Shown: positions 60,201 to 64,000 of the stretch, in pieces
Layout: the number at the start of each line of letters is the position of its first letter
Numbering within the stretch: the first letter of the stretch is position 1
Assembly: GCA_965248755.1 (NCBI GenBank)
Contig: OZ252149.1
Span: 3,104,001-3,168,000 of the forward strand
Direction of reading: 5' to 3'
Source of the DNA: Candidatus Latescibacterota bacterium
GTDB taxonomy: Bacteria; Latescibacterota; CBDEFO01
Length of the DNA stretch: 64,000 nucleotides
Program-made: the position numbers and the translations under genes
The notes under the pieces: model-generated
Database searches by the model: none
What the model saw: the letters and a program-made list of their open reading frames with translations, nothing else
What the model was told of the DNA's origin: nothing

Positions 60201-60370
60201 AGGCAAGACAGCCGAAAGGCTTCAACTTCCTTGCGCGCGCAATGCGGGCAAAGCGCCCCGGCATCGTCTTCGCTCGCGCCGCGGCAACGGGCGAGATCGA
60301 TCCACTTACGGACGTCGACAGTCGCCTGTTCGTCGGACTACCCGCAAAATTAGTAGACAGCAAACAGTAG
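57236..60370 (+). CDS. Miniaturised single-chain RNA polymerase beta-beta' (RpoB-RpoC) fusion, ~1044 aa
   Basis: ATG overlaps the sigma stop (TAATG) with a GGAGG RBS. Collinear RpoB motifs: GRTCPFETPEGPNIG, PFLEHNDPNRQLMGVNMMRQ, FEDG, GDKISNRHGTKG, SRMNLGQ, GELEYYAL. Then RpoC motifs: LARPVAHPW, FSGRTVI, HPLVC..NADFDGDQ, SGARG, GAREGLAET. Confidence 0.92.
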   Translation: MALDISAFWHRESFDRFLKDQLPQLLAARMPLVAYHVESTGIYTCHVKVAFGSASGDVDVEYTDLPQPDEEGIFEVESVKYVVVPIAFQEELDLAEIRCVGEQLYDYFEERLGEAPEDLPWDESLARAWLPLNVWMREFLHADLPWDGNIVQTAHTLHDQNWLDRHAHLRRIVVMDPKKMFTPGHLGRTCPFETPEGPNIGRILSIAMGAEISDGKLVIVNDKPEASIGLSASMVPFLEHNDPNRQLMGVNMMRQWFVPAEVEPALVQTGNEPDAPGFWCGRNLLTAFVSWGADTFEDGIVVGKSCAERLNYPHPVEVGDKISNRHGTKGVVANILPDKEMPHLADGTPIELVFNFISVHSRMNLGQLREALTSRIAKAEGAPVVVPPFGAPGERELRERLAKAGLPEDGMEVLTLGRDGLKLCRPSTVGWVYWGRLNHLARNKIFVSTDHHKRSSKQGELEYYALRDVGTFENLMEHFNTRALRRDDADKLADRVAEGAVEQAGPPTPGFSEIARRLVAGGIQAELEGEKLTFKFAKPEGDTLKLARPVAHPWICDQELDEIGAFDELSEYRNLAEVNAKAERILASDAPESLTRKAFEQLQTHVGKFFDALLGPPHLRFGENSLFSGRTVISPGADLRIDQLGLPEEIAWTLFGPLVRRELSVGADSRVCPPDSGEHMGSPLHKEEVDTRSPRATEELDEIMARSWVLLQRIMPTSFLAFHPVRCPGRTIHIHPLVCSLMNADFDGDQAAVFLPITEGAQREAGERLSVAGHLARDPELLKSLLPTHEAMWGVASLSLTPKGREEVSELAGTDVTAPDGIITRDSLAEAMKGVLECDGIDKTLEVLERLMRRGFEVAKESGASISPFIGSSLKRSPEPEEGDAEMWDDYAEELVERIAGRTDFEDNDMGPQLLAIKSGARGQLRQLAYLVGARGTATDVRGRDVPIRRGYSDGLTPQEMYAAVVGAREGLAETVLETWTRFGLEFHEARQPKGFNFLARAMRAKRPGIVFARAAATGEIDPLTDVDSRLFVGLPAKLVDSKQ
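59228..59288. repeat. GTAG-type REP doublet inserted in-frame in the mini-RNAP gene
   Basis: GTAGGGGCAGACTCGCGTGTCTGCCC...GGGCGAACACATGGGTTCGCCCCTAC. Confidence 0.85.
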
Positions 60371-60411
60371 ACAGCACACAGGGCTTCCCCCTGCCCATCT
60401 CCCTTGAAAGG

Positions 60412-60441
60412 CGAGATTGCTTCGCTATCGCTCGCAATGAC
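60412..60441. repeat. GAGATTGCTTC...CTCGCAATGAC palindromic repeat family; related copies near 18824, 24114, 25355, 41092, 60500 and 61808
   Basis: Recurring intergenic motifs ATTGCTTC, CTCGCAATGAC and GAAGCAATCTC. Confidence 0.75.
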
Positions 60442-60668
60442 ACAGAGAGTGTTGGCAATGATGTTGCTTGTCCTTTTGTCATTGCACAGTGCCAAAAGTC
60501 CGAAGCAATCTCAAAAACACTTTCTATGGTCATTGCGAGGCAGCGTGGCCGCTCTGCTGGGATGGCTGAAAGCCACGGAGGTTGTGGTAAACTGTTAGTT
60601 GAGTGTGGCAGGCAAAAGAGGTTATTTCTACCGTTAGGCGTAAGATCAGAACATAAAAGGAGGAAACA

Positions 60669-61646
60669 TTGAACCAAGTTCTTGATGACACCAAGAAAAC
60701 GTTTCGCAGTCTGCTCGACGAAAGCACTGATCATCAATGCATTATCGACTTGCTCGTATCTCTTCGGGAAAAGGTCGATTTGTCGGTGGACGATACTGGG
60801 TGGGCCTTGTGGAATATTTGCGACCAATACGCACTAATGCGGGATGCAAAGAACCAGTACACTTATCAGTCCGAGTTTCACGAGTGGGCCAAAGCCAATC
60901 TTCCCCCTTCGAGGTTTCACTGGGTTGTCTCGGACGGGACGCAGGCACTCAGTCTGATTGATGGCGGCTATCTCGACTTCTGGTGGCGATGTTACAACCT
61001 CGCCAACGAGCAATGCCCACGAGATGCTAAGAACCGCGGCGCCCGATTCGAATCGCATAGAGCCAATGCAGCTTCATATACTCACTTTCGGGAATTCAGT
61101 CGTGCTGAAACCGCCCTGAATGCAATAGAGGAACTCCTTGCGGAGGATCAGTCCTGGAGCAACCGCGAATTCGCTGCAGCAACATACTCAACTCTCCTGG
61201 TTGACTTTTACAATGTTTCGGAGCAAAGAGACAAACTCGCACAAACAGAGGGAACCCTTGAAAAGGAGCTTGATGATTGGCTTGGCCGAGCAGGCGATGT
61301 AGAAGACGCACCGGAGGGCCCTTTGCTAGGGAGTTGGGACCAACTGAATGCAGATAGGCCACCGGCGGCGATTTTCATTGCAATCAACAACACCGCGTGT
61401 GCTTTCACCAGAGCGAAGCAATTCCCGGATGCAGAACGGTTGTTCCGCATTTTGCTGGAAAGAAACAGGATTCTAAATGCCTATGGCCAAGCGCAATATC
61501 TACAATCATGTTGGGGGAACAGGCGCAACAAGGATGAAATTGTTGATTGGCTGGACGGCTCCAAGCAACTAAACCCACAAAATCTGAAAAGATTCGCACC
61601 ATCGCTCATAGATGTCGTCAAAGATGAACGTCCGGATTTCGCCTAA
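60669..61646 (+). CDS. Hypothetical all-helical (TPR-like) protein in an integron-cassette-like unit
   Basis: AGGAGG RBS with TTG start; helical pattern; bounded by GTTAGGC (60633) and GCCTAAC (61641). Confidence 0.65.
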   Translation: MNQVLDDTKKTFRSLLDESTDHQCIIDLLVSLREKVDLSVDDTGWALWNICDQYALMRDAKNQYTYQSEFHEWAKANLPPSRFHWVVSDGTQALSLIDGGYLDFWWRCYNLANEQCPRDAKNRGARFESHRANAASYTHFREFSRAETALNAIEELLAEDQSWSNREFAAATYSTLLVDFYNVSEQRDKLAQTEGTLEKELDDWLGRAGDVEDAPEGPLLGSWDQLNADRPPAAIFIAINNTACAFTRAKQFPDAERLFRILLERNRILNAYGQAQYLQSCWGNRRNKDEIVDWLDGSKQLNPQNLKRFAPSLIDVVKDERPDFA

Positions 61647-61927
61647 CAATGCGCTCCCCCTGACTGGCAATTCTCTGGTGCTCATTGCCAGCACCTACAC
61701 AAAGTGTACCAAAAAGGGAAACAAAACTTACCGAAACGGTACACAAAGTGTACCAAAATGGTACACTCATCTCCCGTAACTCGTTGTCTTGCAATGTGGT
61801 GCAAAGTCCGAAGCAATCTCAAAAACACTTTCTACGGTAATTGCGAGGCGGTGTGGCCGCTTTGCTGAGATGGCTGGAAGCCACGAAGTGGGCGTAGTAA
61901 TCTGACGGGATGGGGTGGTGCCCCTGT

Positions 61928-63157
61928 CTACCTGATCCTGACGCTGTCGGGGTGGTGCTTGAGTGCTACTATGCAGATGGGTCCGAGCATAGCACCGAGA
62001 GCGGCCGAGATCCACGCCCAACTCCATCCGTACAAGTCCAGGACGTATCCGAATACCCAGGGTGCAGCTATAGAAGCGCCGAAGCCGAAGAAAGCCTGCA
62101 AACCTAACGCTCCTCCTATGTACTCTTTTGGGACTAACTCGGTCAGTGATACCTTGTAAATAGCTGAATCCGCGATTATCGAAAATCCATAAACCATCCC
62201 TACGATACCAAGTACCAAAAGGGGTTGTCCTATAAGGAATCCGTACGACAGCGAACAGATTATGCTCACCAGGAGAGAGTAGAGCATTACCCTGATTCTT
62301 CCGAATCTGTCCGACAGACCCCCTCCGAAAATCGTGGAAAAAACCCCTATACTTATACAGATCCCGCTTAGCACACCTCCGAGTTTGAGCGCCTCTTCAG
62401 TCTCCATCCCCAGAGCTTTCCCGCAGGCGGTCAGATAGGGACCTATCCAGCCGTACATCACAAATAGCTCCCAGTTGTGCCCCATATAGCCGCCAGTCAC
62501 AAGCGCCCAGGGCCTATAGCGAAGGACGTGCACGAATAGGCCTTTCAGATCGTCGAAGGGTCGGATCTCTGCTTCAATTACTGCATCATCTGCTCCCGGA
62601 GGAGCATCTCTGACAAAGAGATAGGCTATAAATGCTCCCGCAAAAGCTGTAGCCGAAGTCAGGGCAAATGCGAGCCTCCAAGAATATACAACAGATAGGG
62701 GAGACGTAATAAGGTAAGCCCCTGAAATTGATGCAACAAGCGATGCTGTGTATATCCCTAAGACTTTCCCTCTTTCTCTGGCGGGGAACCAGCCAGAAAG
62801 TATCTTCATCCCCGGAACGTACAGACCGCCCTGTCCTACGCCTGTCAGGAATCTCAAAAGTAAAGCCGACTCATAACTGTCGGCTAAAGAGGCAAAACCT
62901 AATCCGCAGATTCCGGCTTCAAGAGAAGATAGTACAAAGATCTTTCGCCCTCCTATCCTATCCGAAAGCCAGCCGGTAAAGATGACCGACAAGGCGTAGC
63001 CGCCCCAGAAGATAGCGATAACCGCCCCGTTCATTCTGTCGGAGAGCTGCCACTCCTGGGTCAGTACGGGCATGACCGCGGAGTAGCTATTCATCCCCAA
63101 CATCGAAAGGGACTGCGCTACGGACAGAAGAATCAGTATCTTCGACTTTTCCTGCAA
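61928..63157 (-). CDS. MFS transporter
   Basis: About 12 TM segments; GWLSDRIGGR and GLSDRFGR motif A. Confidence 0.92.
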   Translation of the reverse strand: MQEKSKILILLSVAQSLSMLGMNSYSAVMPVLTQEWQLSDRMNGAVIAIFWGGYALSVIFTGWLSDRIGGRKIFVLSSLEAGICGLGFASLADSYESALLLRFLTGVGQGGLYVPGMKILSGWFPARERGKVLGIYTASLVASISGAYLITSPLSVVYSWRLAFALTSATAFAGAFIAYLFVRDAPPGADDAVIEAEIRPFDDLKGLFVHVLRYRPWALVTGGYMGHNWELFVMYGWIGPYLTACGKALGMETEEALKLGGVLSGICISIGVFSTIFGGGLSDRFGRIRVMLYSLLVSIICSLSYGFLIGQPLLVLGIVGMVYGFSIIADSAIYKVSLTELVPKEYIGGALGLQAFFGFGASIAAPWVFGYVLDLYGWSWAWISAALGAMLGPICIVALKHHPDSVRIR

Positions 63158-64000
63158 TTACCCCAACACCTCAAGCACGGCGTCTTTTACCTGTTCCTCG
63201 CTGGGGATTGTAAGGGGCTCAAGCGCTGGAGAAAAGGGCACAGGCACGTCCATTGCCCCGATCCTCTTTATGGGAGCATCCAGGTAGTCGAAGGCTTCGT
63301 TGTAGATCACGGATGCTATCTCACCTGTCACTCCGTAGCGCGCATATCCCTCATCTACGACCACTACATGGCCTGTCTTGCGAGCCGACTCTACGAGCGT
63401 CTCCTTGTCCAGAGGATACAGGGTGCGCGGATCTACGACTTCCACGCTTATCCCATCCTTCTCAAGCACCTCCGCAGTCGCAAGGGCGATCTGCACCATG
63501 CTGGACGTTGCAACTATCGTGGCGTCCTCTCCCTCTCTCTTTACGTCGGCGGATCCCAGGGGTATGGTATACTCCTCTTCCGGGACGGGGCCCTCGAGGT
63601 GATACATCATCTTATCTTCGAAACAGAACACGGGATTGTTGTCTCTAATTGCGCTCTTAAGGAGACCCTTGGCGTCGTAGGGGGTCGAGGTTACGATTAC
63701 CTTCAGGCCCGGGATGTGGCAAAACCACGCATAGAGGCTCTGGGAGTGCTGCGCCGCTGAGGACCGACCTGCCCCCATGGTGGCCCTGACGGTCATGGGA
63801 ACTCTCGCCTGTCCTCCGGACATATACTGTATCTTTGCAGCCTGATTTACCATCTGGTCCATAATCAGCGTCGTAAAGTCTCCAAACATAATCTCCACTA
63901 TCGGCCGCATCCCAGTCAGCGCCGATCCGAGGGCCAATCCTGTAAAACCCGCCTCAGATATAGGAGTATCTATGATCCTTTCTTTTCCGAACTCGTCGCA
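63158..64000 (-). CDS. Pyruvate/acetoin dehydrogenase E1 beta subunit; 5' end outside the window
   Basis: Frame extends upstream through DTPISEAGF; PIVEIMFGDF, AAQHSQ, EVVDPRTL and LDAPIKR motifs. Confidence 0.93.
   Translation of the reverse strand, partial: CDEFGKERIIDTPISEAGFTGLALGSALTGMRPIVEIMFGDFTTLIMDQMVNQAAKIQYMSGGQARVPMTVRATMGAGRSSAAQHSQSLYAWFCHIPGLKVIVTSTPYDAKGLLKSAIRDNNPVFCFEDKMMYHLEGPVPEEEYTIPLGSADVKREGEDATIVATSSMVQIALATAEVLEKDGISVEVVDPRTLYPLDKETLVESARKTGHVVVVDEGYARYGVTGEIASVIYNEAFDYLDAPIKRIGAMDVPVPFSPALEPLTIPSEEQVKDAVLEVLG

Noticed and set aside
57236..60370. Housekeeping rpoBC or a decayed rpoB/rpoC pseudogene
   Set aside because: It is under half the normal size, lacks the rplL/rpsL context, and is one uninterrupted frame with selective retention of catalytic motifs, which random decay would not produce.
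61770..61785. TCTCCCGTAACTCGTT resembling the tRNA-Asn 5' end, as a possible att site
   Set aside because: It is short, mismatched and inverted relative to the tRNA, and there is no integrase.

Overview
This is a bacterial chromosomal window, probably from an FCB-superphylum lineage such as Latescibacterota or KSB1. That placement is an inference from PorX, the FlgD-Ig/Por-type C-terminal sorting domains and the cohesin/dockerin proteins. Core genes include serS, valS, ligA, tsaE, moeB, HU, a fumarase-family lyase, three tRNAs, a WcaJ-type transferase with a GT4, and a 2-oxoacid dehydrogenase E1 beta subunit. Accessory modules interleaved with them are a Czc/Cus-type RND efflux operon, a CsoR-MerTP-metallochaperone operon, large secreted repeat proteins, a SIR2-domain gene, IS3/IS1182/IS200 elements or remnants, an sdhA-sdhB deletion scar and many short palindromic repeats, some inserted in-frame into genes. 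The standout is at 56.5-60.4 kb. An ECF sigma factor is translationally coupled to a ~1044-aa single polypeptide that is a collinear, heavily miniaturised RpoB-RpoC (beta-beta') fusion. It keeps NADFDGD, both catalytic barrels and the sigma-binding clamp helices, but shows no recognisable flap or trigger loop. It is a candidate dedicated mini-RNA polymerase or an RNAP-mimic anti-sigma. All calls come from reading the sequence and recalling motifs; no searches were run.
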